A stretch of DNA of 64,000 nt from NCBI GenBank assembly GCA_951406725.2, contig OX597815.1, positions 68,882,001-68,946,000 on the forward strand. Reading direction: 5' to 3'. The notes below the pieces were generated by a model. It was not told where the DNA came from, ran no database searches, and saw only the letters and a list, made by a program, of their open reading frames with translations. This stretch comes from Octopus vulgaris (Eukaryota). A program made the position numbers and the translations under genes. Positions 25,456 to 40,385 of the stretch are shown piece after piece. Each line of letters starts with the position of its first letter. Within the stretch, counting starts at the first letter, position 1.

Positions 25456-25930
25456 GTAAGATTACAGATTTTCTGTTATTTTTCTACTTTGTTTAATTCA
25501 ATTTCGATTTTAATTAAATTTGGTTACTTTTTATTTTAGTTAAATTTTAATTAAATTTAGCATTACTAGAACTATTAATGCTAGTTCATGTATATTAGTA
25601 GTCGTTTTAATTGTAACAGGGCTAGCAGCAGCAAATTGTTAAGTTTTTGCAAGAGAACAGCATGAAAACCACTACAATGCAAGGAAAAATACAAAATTAT
25701 AAATTTATTTAATAACCAAAACAAAAAAAAAAAAAAAAACCAAATAAACAAAAAACAAATGAATCTTTTTCATTTCAGAATTTAAATTTATGATAAAAGT
25801 TGGAGTATTAAATATATTTATTTATCTTAACCATCAGCAATGTGGTGACTTTCATCTTTCTCTCTTTGTTTATATCATTGGGTCATATGTGTATTTTTCA
25901 TTTTTGGTTAATGGCTGAATAGTTTTTATC

Positions 25931-25978
<48 letters not shown>

Positions 25979-26198
25979 TAATAATTCTTTCTAATTTTAG
26001 CACAGGGTCAGCAATTTTGTAGGAGGGGGAAGTCAATTATATTGACTTCTGTTCTTGACCAGTACTTATTTTAATGACCCTGAAAAGATGAAAATCCAAG
26101 TTGATCTCAACAGCATTTGAACTCATAACATAGAGAGCCAGAAGAAAATGCTGCTAAGCATTTTTCCAACATGCTAATAATTCTACCAGGTTACTGCC

Positions 26199-26229
<31 letters not shown>

Positions 26230-26230
<1 letters not shown>

Positions 26231-26785
26231 TGCCCTGATGCAGTACCAGGCAGTGGCTCTCATGGCTTCTGATCTTAACTGATTGGAAGTGTTATCGTGT
26301 ACATTGTTTTGTCTTGGTATAAAATGATGTGCTACAGCAAATATTCTGCTCAATACCATAGATTTGCTTGTCAGTTGTTTGACCATAACCAGTTGAGCAT
26401 GTCCCTTTGTGGTTGACAATATGTGCATCTCTGATCACGGGCAGAAGTAGTGGGGGAGCATCATAGCCATGTGTTGTGAGGGATTCTTTAGGGTTTGAAT
26501 AATTCACCTCTGGAAACATGGGTGTTTCGTTCAACATTGTTAACCCTTATTCAGGGACCTTTTAAACGGGATGGGTTACTCGACCAGAAGAAAATTCTAA
26601 CTGGGCCCCACCTGCTAGGTCATGTGCTGTTTATCTTGATATGAGCTCACCATGTCACGCACATATGGTTGTGATGCATGTGCCTGGTGTACCCTTATCA
26701 GACGGTTAGTCATGATGGGTATTCTGGGCTTGGTATATTTTACTCCAGTGTCACTTTGATGGCATGCACTGCTCTCTCACTCAAT
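26230..26785. mobile_element. ~550 bp interspersed repeat flanked by trinucleotide repeats; second copy at 48030-48535
   Basis: Two colinear copies starting tg(c/t)cctgatgcagtacc. Confidence 0.85.
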
Positions 26786-27586
26786 AATAATAATAAAAAT
26801 GTTTTCTTTATTAACTAGTAAAGGGTTCACAAAAACATTGGGGATTATACAGGATGATATAATGTGGGGTTACATAAAGGTGCATGTGAAAAGAAAAGCA
26901 ACAGCAATAATATGAATTTCAACAATGACTAATTCCCCTTATAATTAATAATTCATGAGATTCCCCTTGATGTTAACAAGCAGAACCTGAGCTGTCTCTT
27001 TTGGTAGATTTTCAGCCAAAGACAGTAGACAACTTTCAGGAATCTCTCTGACTAGGTAGTGCTATAAGTCTCCTCAGATTGGATATACAAATGGGTCTAT
27101 GCTGAATATGCCCCAAACACTAGCTTAATAATAACAAAGTTATTTTACTAATTTTCTAAATTAATGGAAACAGCAGCTGTGTGTTTTAACAGAAATATGA
27201 CAACAAAAAGTTAAGGACTGTAGGAAATTTGCTGAAAGAGATTTCTTTGGTGTTGTAGAAAAAAGCTGAGTGACTACAAAGAAGTTCTATAGCTGAATGG
27301 CTTATATGATTATTGATCTGTATGTACATGGATATGTGGTTAAGAAGTTCACTTTGCAACCAAATTGGTTTTGGGTTCAGTCCCATTGTGTGGTACTTTG
27401 AGCAAGTGTCTTCTATTATAGACCTGAGCTGACCAATGCTTTGTCAGTGAATTTGGTGGATGGAAACTATGGAAGTCTGTCATGTTATAATATATGTATG
27501 TATGTAGAGGTAGGATGTGCGAGAGGCATAGAGATACATTGGTAATGAGAATAAAGACAAAGAACAGTGAGTCTTACATATGACTC

Positions 27587-27642
27587 TGCATTCTGATGAT
27601 GTCTACCACTACAACTGGTAAATAGAAACGATCGTAAATGTA
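27587..27642 (+). ncRNA. intact minimal type I hammerhead ribozyme
   Basis: Stem I UGCAUU/AAUGUA; core CUGAUGA 27593-27599; stem II UGUCUACCA/UGGUAAAUA; GAAA; stem III AC-GAUC-GU; GUA triplet with predicted cut after 27636. Confidence 0.85.
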
Positions 27643-28485
27643 CTATTACTACCACTTTTATTTACTAATTAATTAAATTAATGACTTACTAGTGCAAACA
27701 ACCAACTTCTTCCTGTTATTTTTCCTCTATTTTCTTCTTGCATATGTATGTATATATATATGAATGCATATGTATGTATATATATATATATATATGTATG
27801 TATGTGTATATATATATATGTGTGTGTGTGTGTATGGGCATCCAGCCATAGAAACCATGCTAAAACAGACACGGAGCCTTGACAGCCCTTCAGCTGGTCA
27901 GCTCCTGTCAAACTGCCCAAGCCATGCCAGCATGGAAAACGGACATTAAGTGATGATGATAGTGTTGGTGGATATATTTATTATGTCACACTGCTTGACA
28001 ATCAGTGTTTGTTTGTTTATGTCCCTGTAACTTAGTGGTTCAGTAAAAGAGACCAAAAAATAAGTGCCAGGCTTAAATAAAATGTATTGAGGTTGAACTG
28101 TTTGACTAAAACCTTGAAATGGTACCCCAGCATGGCAATAGTCCAATGACTGAAACAAGTAAAAAATAAAGGACATGAGTATATCTAAGTGCATAGCCAA
28201 ATGGTCCAGGAGATTGCTTTGCAACTATAAGACCCCAGGTTCAATCTCACAGCAAGGCATTTTGGGTAAATATCTTTTACCAAGCCTTGTGAGTGAAATT
28301 GTGTAAATAGAAACTGTGTGGGAGCCCATTGCATGGATTGTACCTGTAATGCAAAAGATACAGCCTTGTCTTACACACGGTGTCATACTGGTTCTACCTG
28401 AGAATTATGTTAAGGATACCTGTGGAATACTCAATAAGCATAAACTGAAAGAAGTCCTCTCCACCCCTCTCTGTATTCATATATA

Positions 28486-28695
28486 GAGGGTTGGCCAAAA
28501 GTCACACACCAAAACATTTGACATTTTATTTATATTACGTAATTATTACTATTATTTATTTTGTTCATCATGTCCATGTATGTGTGTATTCATTATTTTA
28601 TTTATTTTATTCAGTTATAGAAAAACTGAAGCATGTCTTTGACAATTCCAGAGTGTATTGAAACTTATTTTGTGCATGACTTTTGGCCCACCCTG
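28486..28695. mobile_element. Tc1/mariner-type MITE
   Basis: TA|gagggttggccaaaagtca ... tgacttttggcccaccctg|TA. Confidence 0.85.
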
Positions 28696-31600
28696 TATAT
28701 TCACACACACACATGTGATTGTGCCACTTTGTCTTAGCATCGCATAATAGTTGTAAAGGAGCATCACTGTTATATAAGTAGTGTAATTCATGTTTTGTGA
28801 AAACATGTCCAACCAAAGGGAAATATTACCTTGCTCTGAAAGAAGTGAGGGTTGATGACAAGAAGGACATCCAGTTGTAGGAAATCTCCATCAGTTGAAT
28901 TCTATCTGCATGGAAAAGTGGACATTGAAATGATAATGACAGTATATAAATATGTAGGTATGTATGCATGTTTGTGGAATTTTGTGTGTGCATGTGTGTG
29001 TGTATGTGTGTTTGCATTTCTGCTTCTCCTTTTGGGTTACAAGCAGTGACTTTGTTGTCATTTCCTGTCATCAACTGGTTTTGCATTTTGATAGCCGTGA
29101 AATTAGAGATCCTTTACTTGAAAAACATCTGTTAACAACAGGAAGAGCATCTGGCTTTAAAACAATGCTTCAATAATATATTCATCTAACCCATGCTAGC
29201 AAGAAATAACTGCCCCCACCAAAAAAAGAAAACATGGAAAGCAAAACCGGAATTGTAAATTTAGCTTCAAATTAATATACTTATCTTAGCCATCTTTGTC
29301 TATTTGCATTATCAAATTCAGTTTAGTTATATGCTAATGTTCATTGCAAATTTATAGTTATGCCAAAGTTTATAAAGTCTGGACTTGCAAGTAGTGTTGC
29401 GCATGGATATGCTGCTATTTCAGCATTAGTTAAGAACTTGCATCAAACATCTACCACTGTTTGAGCTAAATAAATAGGCTTGCAAATTTAGCTCCAAGTT
29501 TCATTTTTACTATTTTTGTGTTAACCTGTTTGGTGCATTCATTACATTCATTGCAGTTTTACAATAGCATTATTGTGAAACTTTACAAAGTTTTATAAGG
29601 GCAGGCATATACTTATGTGTCGATGCATGCATATATATCTATGTACATGTACCTGTATGTGTGTATGTATGAGCCTGTGTTTGTGTGTGTATGTGTACAT
29701 GTGATAGTGTGTGTGTGGTTGTGTATGTATGTGTGTAAATATATTGTTTACAAAGTAAAGTAGGAAGAAAAATTTCCAACAATAGAGCAGCGATAATGTT
29801 AATATATTATATTTAAGATTTGTGTCACATGATCAGGTGAGAAGGGGGGTAGTCAAGGGTGGGTTGTTAGCAGTAGTGATGGTGGTGCAGTGGTCATTGT
29901 CGTTGTTGTCAAACAGAGATTTAAAGTTTAATGAGCAAATATTTTGACATTTTAATTGTTCGAGCAATTACTGTATAGTTTATGGGTGTATTAAGTGTAC
30001 TAATTTTAAATTGTTGTTTTCTACTTACATATTAAATCATGCGGCTATTGAGTATCTAACTAAAATAAATGAGCGAATAAAATGTCCGACTATCATATTA
30101 TTAATTGTTTGTTTATGTATCCTGCGAGTGATTTGTTGTCTCTAGTCAGGGCACTTAATTTTATATACTCATTCACTCTGTTGTGGTGTGTTTGATATTA
30201 TTCACATTTCATCCACTTAATGTGCAGTCTGTTAGCAATATCTTATAGTATTGTGTGTATGTGTGTGATAATTAGGAGTGCACTGAGCAATACTGAATGA
30301 AATATAGTTAGGTACATTCATGTATATATTCAGACATGGAAATAAATATGTTATGTTGGATGAACTGTCTCAACAGAAGAAATTCTGTTGAGTCTCTAAG
30401 GAGAATTTATTCTGTCAAGATACCTTGTGCAACATATTATTTTTACCATATCCAAGTGAAAGCACACAGCTTAGTGATTATGGGTATTCAGCTCACAATC
30501 ATAAGGTTGTGAGTTTGATTCCTGACAGTGTATTGTGTCTTTGGGCAGGATGCTTTATTTCTTTTCATTCCAGTCCACTCAGCTGGCAAAAATGAATTGT
30601 ACATGTAATTCAAAGAGCCAGCCTTGTCGCATTCTGTTTCACACTGAATCTCCCTGAGAACTATATTAAGGGTACACATGATTGTGGAATTCTCAGCTGT
30701 TACACATTTATTTCATGAGCAGGCTTTTCTGTTGATCAGATCATCTGGAACTCTTGTTGTTGTAACCAATGGAGTGCCAGTTTTTCCATATCTAAATGTA
30801 CATAAACCTGTTAAACATGACTGTACATTACTATATATCTAGATATATATTTACTCTTTTACTCGTTTCAGCCATGTGGCTGCAGTGATGCTGGAGCACC
30901 ACAATGCTCATCATCATCATCATCATCATCATCACAATCTTCTTCACAATGTTCCTCCTCCTCATCATCATCATCATCATCATCCATACAGGTACTTCAT
31001 GCTGGTATGGATTGCTCAGTTTGAGAGAATCTGATGAGTCCAAGGACAGCACCAAACTCCAATGCCTACTTTGATATGGTTTCTATGGCTGGATGCCCTT
31101 CCTAATGGCAACCATTTTACAGAGTATACTGAGTGCTTTTTTTTCTTGGCACCAGCATTAGGGAAGAGTGCCTTGTAGCTTTCAAGGCTAAGAACTTAAT
31201 GTGGCCCCTATAACTGGAGAAGAATAGGGAAAGTAGGTGATGATTCTAGTGGAGGTATGAGGGATGGTAAGATGAGAGGCTAGTAAGAGTATCATAGGGA
31301 ACAGCAAAAGGGAAAGGGATTAGTGAGGGGTTATTGCGAAAAGAGGGGAGAAGATTGGGAAAAGTTGAAAGGTGATAGAGTGGGTTGTGTTGTAGGAGTA
31401 TATTATTCAACATTATAAGTAACAAGTATGAAGAATACGGGAAGGGGACAGGAGGAGAGGAATCTTGAAATAGTCCTTGAAGGTAAGAAAGGTGTGGGGG
31501 TCATGAGAGTATATGCATACACACACACATTATGGGGTCTCCCATTGTTAGGTGACAGATGGGGGTTCTGCAATTTCTTGCATACAGATGATTTGTTTAC

Positions 31601-32560
31601 TGTGATCAAATGTTTGTGTTTACACAAGTTCATTCCTTCCATCAAATCAACATTGCCTGTGCAGGTGCACAGTCAAAGCTTTGGTCACCACTTGCTCAAG
31701 GTGCAGTACAGTAGGATTGAACATTAAGCCACATGGTTGGAAAGCAAGATGCTTGACCACACAGTCATTGCTAATGTCTCTTTGTTCTTCTGAATGCTCC
31801 ATGTGCTGATCTCTCATTCTCTTATCATTCCTTCCATGTCTTTCATGAAACTCTTTTTCTGATTACATTACTGATTACATTGCTGTACTTGAGAAGGCTC
31901 ATCCACCACAATAGAATTGAGATCCTAAGACCAAGGTGCCACAGAAAAAGGCATTGGTGTGGGTGCTGATGTTACTTAAAAAGCACTGGTGATGGTGCCA
32001 CATAAAAAGCAGCCCGTAGTCTCTGTCGAACGGTTGGCATTGAGAGGGGCATTCAGCCATAGAAACCAAACCAAAACAGACTATGGAACCTGGTGTGGCC
32101 CCTGGCCTTACCAGTTCCCATCAAGCCAGCCAACAAATGCCAGTATGGAAAATGGACATTAAATGATGATGATGATGATGATGCTCCAATATAGCTACAA
32201 AGCACTAGAAATTTCTCCCTAATTATATTTCTACAAAAGTTGAAAGTTAAACCTAAATCACATTTTTATCATCAGTCAATGATAGGATGGTGTAGAGGGG
32301 TGGTGAGGCTAGCAAGGTCATGAACTTTCCATTTCTTTCTCTTCTGACTAAATAATTTAAAAAGAGAATCAGAAGAAACAAAGGAAAAACTGTTGTGCAT
32401 GAACCATGAAGAGGTTGATGGTAGTTGGTGTTGAACTGTGAATCATTGGACATACACTACTGAACGGCTATTACTGATTAGACATCTGTCTTTGAGATGT
32501 ATTGTGCTTTCAAGGAAGAAAACAGTGTGATGATTCATGCTAGTAGAATATAAAGAGAGA

Positions 32561-32610
<50 letters not shown>

Positions 32611-32673
32611 TACATATATATTTATATATATAGTTAATCCAAACATGAAAACACAAAGAGAACAAGTATAGTG

Positions 32674-32713
<40 letters not shown>

Positions 32714-32789
32714 TCACTTTTTCTGTCTCTGTGTCTGTCTGTCGCTCTGTCTGTCTCCCTCTCTCTCTCTCTCTCCCTCTCTCTCCCTC

Positions 32790-32842
<53 letters not shown>

Positions 32843-33644
32843 GATGAGATGTAATGGCAAAGTGAGGTGAGGTGTGATGGTGTTTTATCAGACTAGGTAT
32901 TATTGTTTTACAATTGAAATTATCTATTTCATTTTTGTATTTGGTTTCCATGATTCTTGATGTAAACTCATGTGTTGAAACAGATTTTGTTGTATATTGG
33001 GAGCGTTATTATGCCAATAACAAACACGCACACTGGTTTAGTTTCACTTCTTTTATTATTTGTTAATTTGTTTAACAAATTAATTATTTATTTGTTAATT
33101 GGTTTAGAAAATTAAGTAATCAATTGTCTGATTAATTGTTCAATCAACCAGTTAATTGTCTAGGCTTGTCAAAGTTCTTTTGTTGCTGCTATTTACATCC
33201 TCATCAATGACATACCCTCTCTACTCCAGGGCATGTTATTGAAGAGGTTGTAAATGGTAATGAAAGGACTTTGACAAAACAACTGGTTGATTGAACGATT
33301 AACCTTGTAAATGGATTTGGTAGATGGAAACTGAAAGGAACCCTGCAGTGTGTGTGTGTGCTTGTGCATGTATGTTTATGTCTCCTTGTTCTGACATTCT
33401 TGTGATAGTTGTAAATGAGTGTCACTGTCATACATGCAGTGTCATAAATTTCCAATATTCTGTGATTGTAGGCTATGGGAAATATTAACCTTACTTAGAA
33501 GCAAGTGAAAGCTGGCATCAGGAAGGGCATCTGGCCATAGAAAATCTGTCTTATTAAATTCCATATGACCCATGCAAGTATGGAAAAGTGGACATTAAAA
33601 TGATGATGATTTTTTATACATACATCTATATACATAAATGTGTA

Positions 33645-34420
33645 ATGGTGTCTGACTGTCTGTGTGTTTGGGGTTACTCTAACTTCTCCCACATTGTCCA
33701 ACTGATTTTAATGATTTTTGGCACATAGGTAGATCACATGCCCTGAAGTTCAAATAAGGCTGGCATGTTTTGAAAACTCGATAATGCTTAGTTGGCATCG
33801 ATTTTTGTGAGCTCGATCAGGCGTTTGAATGGAAATTCCCATAATGATGTTATTTTTCCTGCAGCTTTTGCATTTTTTGCCCAGTTTTGATGAAAATTGA
33901 TGAGTGAGTGAGGCTCGTGGCTGTGAGTTGATGTCAGTATATGGGTTGACAAAAAATCGATAATTGCATCTGAGCAGTGGTTTTATAAAATCAATAGGCT
34001 TTTTGCGTGCAAATACCCTTAGGGATTTTATTTTTGGCCGTAACTTTTATATTTTTTATGTGATTTTAATGTAGGTAAATTTTGTGGTGGGGGAGATGGT
34101 AAAGGTGTTTTATAATTCAAAAGGGCATAAATGCAAATAAGCATTTCCTTAGAGACATTCTTATCAATTTTGTAGAAATTTTATATATGATTACAATTCA
34201 TGTCCATTAGTTGATGCCAGCATGAAGAGTTGACAAAAAATGGATAATTGCATATGAGCAGGGGATTTTAAGAAATCAATAGGCTTTTTGTATGCTATTA
34301 CCCACAGGATTAATATTTTATGCTGTAACTTTTACAGAATTCATTTGATTTTGATGAAATTTGACATTTAGGTTTATGGTCAGAGTCATGTAGTAGAATT
34401 AAAATTAAACTGGTGGAAGG
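33645..34420 (+). mobile_element. old non-autonomous DNA element (Helitron-like) with ~120 bp internal direct repeat
   Basis: Repeat units at ~33925-34047 and ~34209-34333; recurring 'gattttgatgaaattt' motifs. Confidence 0.4.
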
Positions 34421-35169
34421 TAGAAATCATCAAAATTCACTCACAATAAAATAATGAACTGATTTTGAAGAAAATTGACCCATGAGTAAAATTAAGCACT
34501 TTGACATATGAAACATTGATTATTCATATAATGTATTGAGATTTAAAAGTCAATGGGATATTTTCATGTAAATGGTCACATGGATTCTATTTAATGACAT
34601 AACCTTAACACTTTTCTTTGGATTTTGCTGACATTGGACGCGCTGATCAATTTTGTACAGAGGGTGGCATTTGGGGCAAGAAATAAACAAACATCACTCT
34701 CAATATGTCGAAGTACATCCAAAAGTTTGACTGTAATTTCAAATGGTCCAGTATGCAGGAGTATGTCGAAAGCATTAACTGGGTAATAATTGGCATGAGG
34801 AATGTAGATTTCAATACAAGGTCAGAAATGGGCTTAACTTCAACACAGTAAACATGAGCAATGCCAGGCCCAACAGTTAGTACATACATACATATATAAA
34901 TACTTGCTTATATATATATATAATATAACAAGATGCAGTTGAATGAGGTACTTAAAGGTGAGGCATCTACTTAGGCCAGCATAAAATGCACTCACAACAA
35001 TAATAGATGAATACCAACGTTGGTACAGAAGTACTGCCAGAATGATATTCGAGTAATATATACAGTTACTTGGACCCAACTGAATATATAATCTGCTCTT
35101 GAATTATTCAGACGTACATTTTATTAAATATACAGTCTATAATATACTTTGGAATATGTATACTCATAC

Positions 35170-35223
<54 letters not shown>

Positions 35224-36143
35224 CTACACGTGACCTGTTGGGTCACTGGGAAACTTTTAGTTTCTCAGCAATGGAGTTTTGTTTTGTGGGTTTTTTTTTC
35301 TTTTCCAGATTATTTTACATGCTTTCAACGAATGTGACATCGAAATCACATGTAAACAGCTCCTTTCTCCAGAAAAGGGAAGATCTGGTTGCTATTTCTT
35401 GCATGTCCTGCTACCACGTAACAGGTATTTTGTGATAAATCACAAATAGCTGTTACATGGTAGCAGGGTGTGCTAGAAATAGCAGCCAAATCTTTGGTGG
35501 TGAGATATGTTGAATGCACTTGAAAAAAACCTATGGAAGATAACTATTTCACACTGAGGTTATGAATGAATCTTTTATGCAATATTTACCATATTTTTAA
35601 AGTCATTTTTACTTTAGAATATTTTTTTGAATATGCCAAAAAAAATTTTTTTGTAATGGTATTTAAAAAATTTTATTTATTTATTGTCTGTTTAAAGGAA
35701 GCTAAAATATAAATACTTACTGTACAAACAACTTACATTTTTGAAATCACATTCACTTAAAAATATTTCTAAATGATTAAAATATTGTGTTTAACAAAAA
35801 CGAAAATAGAAGCATTTATTGTAAAAAAAAAAATTGTATTTTTTCATTGTCAACTCATTGTGTCTAATAGAAAGATAAGAATTTCTTCCCTTTCAGGATG
35901 AAGATTATTTTCTCAACATTTTCCCATTATGCACCGATTTGGGCATTTATACCCTGTAAACCTCTAATATCTTGAAAATCACTTTAGTGATTTACGCGAA
36001 ACTTGTTTCATTCCATTCGTATTAACATTTCAGGTTAAACTTAATTCATAGTATTTTCCCATTATGCACCAGTTTGGCTGAGTAATATTGCAAGCAAGCA
36101 AGATTCAATCTAACTTTTAATAATAATAATAATAATAATAACA

Positions 36144-36194
<51 letters not shown>

Positions 36195-36289
36195 TGCAGA
36201 TCAATCAACCCTATTCTTGGTTTTGAGTTACACCATCAGTAAATGAATGCTCAGTTGTTATTCTTCAAAGTGCTTTCAAATATTAAATC

Positions 36290-37110
36290 TTGTGATAGAC
36301 AAGTGGCTTGTGAAAGCTGTGCAGACCATGTACAAAAGTTCTGTCAATAAGGTGAGAATTAACCATGAGTATGGTGATGAATGTAGTGTACAGGCTGGTG
36401 TTCATCAATGTTTAGCTCACAGTCTCCTATTCATCATTGTCCTCTAGGACATAGCAGAAGAATTCATGACCAGCTGCCCCTGGGAACTGCTGTATGCTGA
36501 TGATCTTGCTCTCATAGCAGATTCTGTGACAGAACCAGAAAAGAAATTCCAGGGGTGGAAACAAAACTTGGAACCGAAGGTCTTTAAAATTAACTTAGCA
36601 AAGACTAAGGCTCTATTAAGCAAGAAAATGGACAGGACCATACTTCCATCAGGTAAATGGCCCTGCTTGATATGTAGGAAAGTTGTTGGCAAGAATTCCA
36701 TAGTACACCCAGTGCAAGCTATGGACACACTGGAGGTGCAGTGGAATAATTGGAAAGTTATTAGAGAAAGTAGCGTTTGTATGTGGAAGATGCACAAGAA
36801 CTATAAAGAGTAGACATACACAAGAAATTGATTTTCTCAAATGCCTCAGAGGCTTTTTAGAGGTAGTGGATAATTTCTACTACCTAATTAACAGTGGAGG
36901 AGAGAAAATTCAGTGAGCAACCCTTGTTGGCAACCGAAGGTCTCTCTCTGAGTGAAAGAAAGACTGTATGATGCATGTGTATGAACAACAGTACTACATG
37001 GTAGTGAGATGTGGGCCCTGAATGCAGAAGACATGTGAAGATTAGAGAGGAATGAAGCCAATATGCTCTGCTGGATGTGTAATGTCAGTGTACATGTGCA
37101 ACAGAGCATG
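36290..37110 (+). pseudogene. degenerate RTE LINE RT fragment
   Basis: DKWLVKAVQTMY...GVHQ, CPWELLYADDLALIA, WPCLICRK. Confidence 0.92.
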
Positions 37111-39560
37111 TATATATACTGCAAACCCTACCCCCGAGCCTCTTTCATATCTTTCCCCTTCATTTGTGACAAACCTGCGCACTCACTCAGTCCAAAGTTC
37201 TATATTGTTTCATTTATTCTCACATGCCCTAATGTCCCTTGAACGCATGTCCCAACATATCTACACCACTATCTCTCTCACTGTTGCTCTCTTTAACTTA
37301 CTCTCTAACTTGCCCTCTTTTCTTTTCCAACTGGAGTATCCCTATATCTACTCTACAGCAAGACATCTGTCCTTGTCTCTTTATACTGTTAATCACTCAT
37401 CAACTGGCACAAAGCACTCTCTCCCAATTTCTACTACTTCCTTCTCCCAGCCGAAGGTGTCTTTGTCTTACAAGTTACTTTGTGACTTGTTAGTGCTAGT
37501 GCCACATAGAAAGTGCACCAGTGCTGGTGCCATGTAAAAAGCACTCAGTACACTCTGTAAAGTGGTTGTTGTTAAGATGGGCATCCAATCCAGCTGTTGA
37601 AACCATGGCAAAACAGACAAAGGAGCCTGGTGTGGATCCTGGCCTTACCAGCACCACTCAAACAGTCCAGCTCATGCCAGCATGGAAAATGGACGTTAAA
37701 TGCTGTTGCTGCTGATTTTACCCCCTCTTCACACACACACACACACACACACGGAAACATATATAGTTTTAATGTGAAATAGTTTAATAAAACAATTAAG
37801 CCAAGTATTTATAGTATCCTTTTTGTTCCTTGTTTGGATTCTACAAGACAGCATAATTGAAGTTTTGTATTCTCTTGTATTGTTCACAATTGTTCTGAAA
37901 GAATTTTGATAAGCTCTCCAATCAGACTTCAGCTACAAATGCTTCTCTTAGAAACAGCTCTGAATAAAAATGTTGCTTTTGCCTTCTCAATGGACAAGAA
38001 GCAAATGTTGGACATTCCAATGAAAATTGAAAGTGTGTGTTGGGTTATAAAGATTTTCCTATGTATCTTTCTTATTGAAGACTTATCAACCAGAAGAATT
38101 TAGCAAACATAGAACGTTTGTGTTGAAATGAAAGCCAGAATGTCTGTGATATGGACAATGGAAAGCTGTGTAAATTATTAGTGTGTATTAAGATTTGAAG
38201 AAGATAAGAGAATAAAGAATCTTGCTGAAGACATGGTTGTATAATGTAAAGCTATTTTTCTGATGTGCTTAAACCCTTTTGTTACATAGTTCTGTCAAAA
38301 TCCCTGTCTTTGTTGTAATTAATTTTGAAAATAATAAAGAATTTATTAAAGTAACTGTTATTATTAAGTTGAGCTATCAGAATTGTTGGTGTGTTGGACA
38401 AAATACTTTGTGGCATTTCGTTCATCCTTACGTTCTGAGTTCAAATTCTATTGAGGTCAACTTTGCCTTTCATCTTTTCAGGGTTGATGAAATAAGTACC
38501 AGTTGAGTACTGGGGTCAATGTAATTGACTAGCCCCCTCCCTTAAATTTCAGGCATTGTGCCTATAGTAGAAAGGATTATTAAATTGAGCTAGCAGGATT
38601 GTTGGTGTGTTGGACAAAGTACTTAGTGTGAATTCAACTCTTGTCAGGGTCAGCTTTGTCTTTCATTCTTTTTGGATTAATAAAATATGCTATCAGTCAA
38701 GTTATCAACTTACTCCACTCCCACTAAAATTGCTGACCTTAAACCAAAATTTGTTTGATGGAAGGTTTTAATTATGATTATTTTGAAACAGGAAGTTTGT
38801 ATCATAGAACTAGAAGTAGTTTCAAGTGGTTTGGTATCAAAAGTGTTAACTTTGTTCACAGGCAAACTTTCATCAATCATCTCCTCCTCCTCCTCCTCCT
38901 TGCTGCTGCTGTTGCTGTTGTTGTTGTTGTTAAGCAACAATCCGGGTAAGGGTGATTAGGTGATGGTCTAGGGCTTAGGGGCGGGAGACCCCAGACCTTG
39001 GGGGAAAAAATAACTTTGGTCATCTTGTTGTAGTCGAGGGCTCTTTGTTGACGCCCGACACCGCTGAGAGGTGGTCCTCAAAGTCACTGGAAATGGAGAT
39101 CTCCAGGTCCAAATTCTTGAACAGCAATGCTGCTGCTGCTGCAAGCTCGCAGGATCTGGTGAACTGCAGGGCTGCACTTGTTCGAATGTAGCTTTGACAT
39201 TTTCTGTGACTAGATGCCCTTCCTGATGCCAACCATTCTACGGTGTGTGCTGGGTGCTCTTTTTCATGTCACTAGCACTAGTATGATCATGAAGACAAGA
39301 AAAGAACAGAAAAAAAGAAAAAGTAAAGAAAAATCCCTCTCTACTAAGTTGGGGTGGGGTGAGTATTGAGAGTGTGGTTGTTTTACACAAGGTGTTAAGA
39401 GGCCTAAGTATGATAGAGGGACAATCCCAGGTGTCTTGCTATAGGGGAGATACATGGCTACTTCACATTAGATAAGGGTAGGTGAGAGTTGATGGAAAGA
39501 AAATAGAGATGTTGGCGACTAGATGCCAGAGCATCTCAAGATACAATGTGAATAAGAGAA

Positions 39561-39770
39561 CCCTTTAGCATTCAGATTATTTTGTCAAATGCAATGATTA
39601 TATATTTTGAATTAATAATACATTATCTTGTGACTTCAAGATTTTGATGATTAATTGTTTATTTTTTGAATGGCATTGTGGGGAGGTGTGAGAGGCCAGA
39701 TCTGATCAATTTGAACATAAGACGGGTAGAATATTTGGGCTGGATATGGTCAGTTTAAGTGCAAAATAGT
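39561..39770 (+). mobile_element. P2 MITE copy
   Basis: Colinear with 4369-4579. Confidence 0.75.
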
Positions 39771-40340
39771 TAAAGTAGTCAATCAGAGCTTCCAGGTGAA
39801 GAAGCATGAGGTGTAATGGTAGGCATAGTAAAGGAAGATCTCAGAAATGAAGAAATTATAGGAAATATTATTTCAACAGTTATTTGACCAAGTTTAGTTT
39901 CTGTTTTATTCTTTGTAGTCTCCAACTTCTCTTCAACACCGTTAAAGAATTTTTTCTGAAAGAGGAGTTATTTTTGTGAAGAAAGATTTTTCTGTATTTA
40001 TCTGTTTGTGCTTCCTTTTGCTGGTGCTATCTTTGAATTTCACCTTTTAGTGTATCTCTTTTCCTTTCCACCTAGATTTGTGCATGCACACACTTTCTCA
40101 TTTTTATTCACATGCATATTATACATATATAATCACACATGTGTATACATCACCTTATACATACATATATGTATGTATACGTGTGTGTGTGTGTGTGCAT
40201 ATGTGTTTATCATTACCCTTTCTTTTAACAGTCATGTTAAAAAAGATGATGAGGATAATATACACATGCATACATGCCTTCAATTATATATATATATATA
40301 TACATATATATACATATACATATATACATACATATATATG

Positions 40341-40384
<44 letters not shown>

Positions 40385-40385
<1 letters not shown>

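Noticed and set aside
31031-31050. CTGATGA-GTCC-AA-GGAC, resembling a classic HHR stem II
   Set aside because: Followed by AGCA rather than GAAA; no stem I or III; lies inside a LINE-tail repeat.
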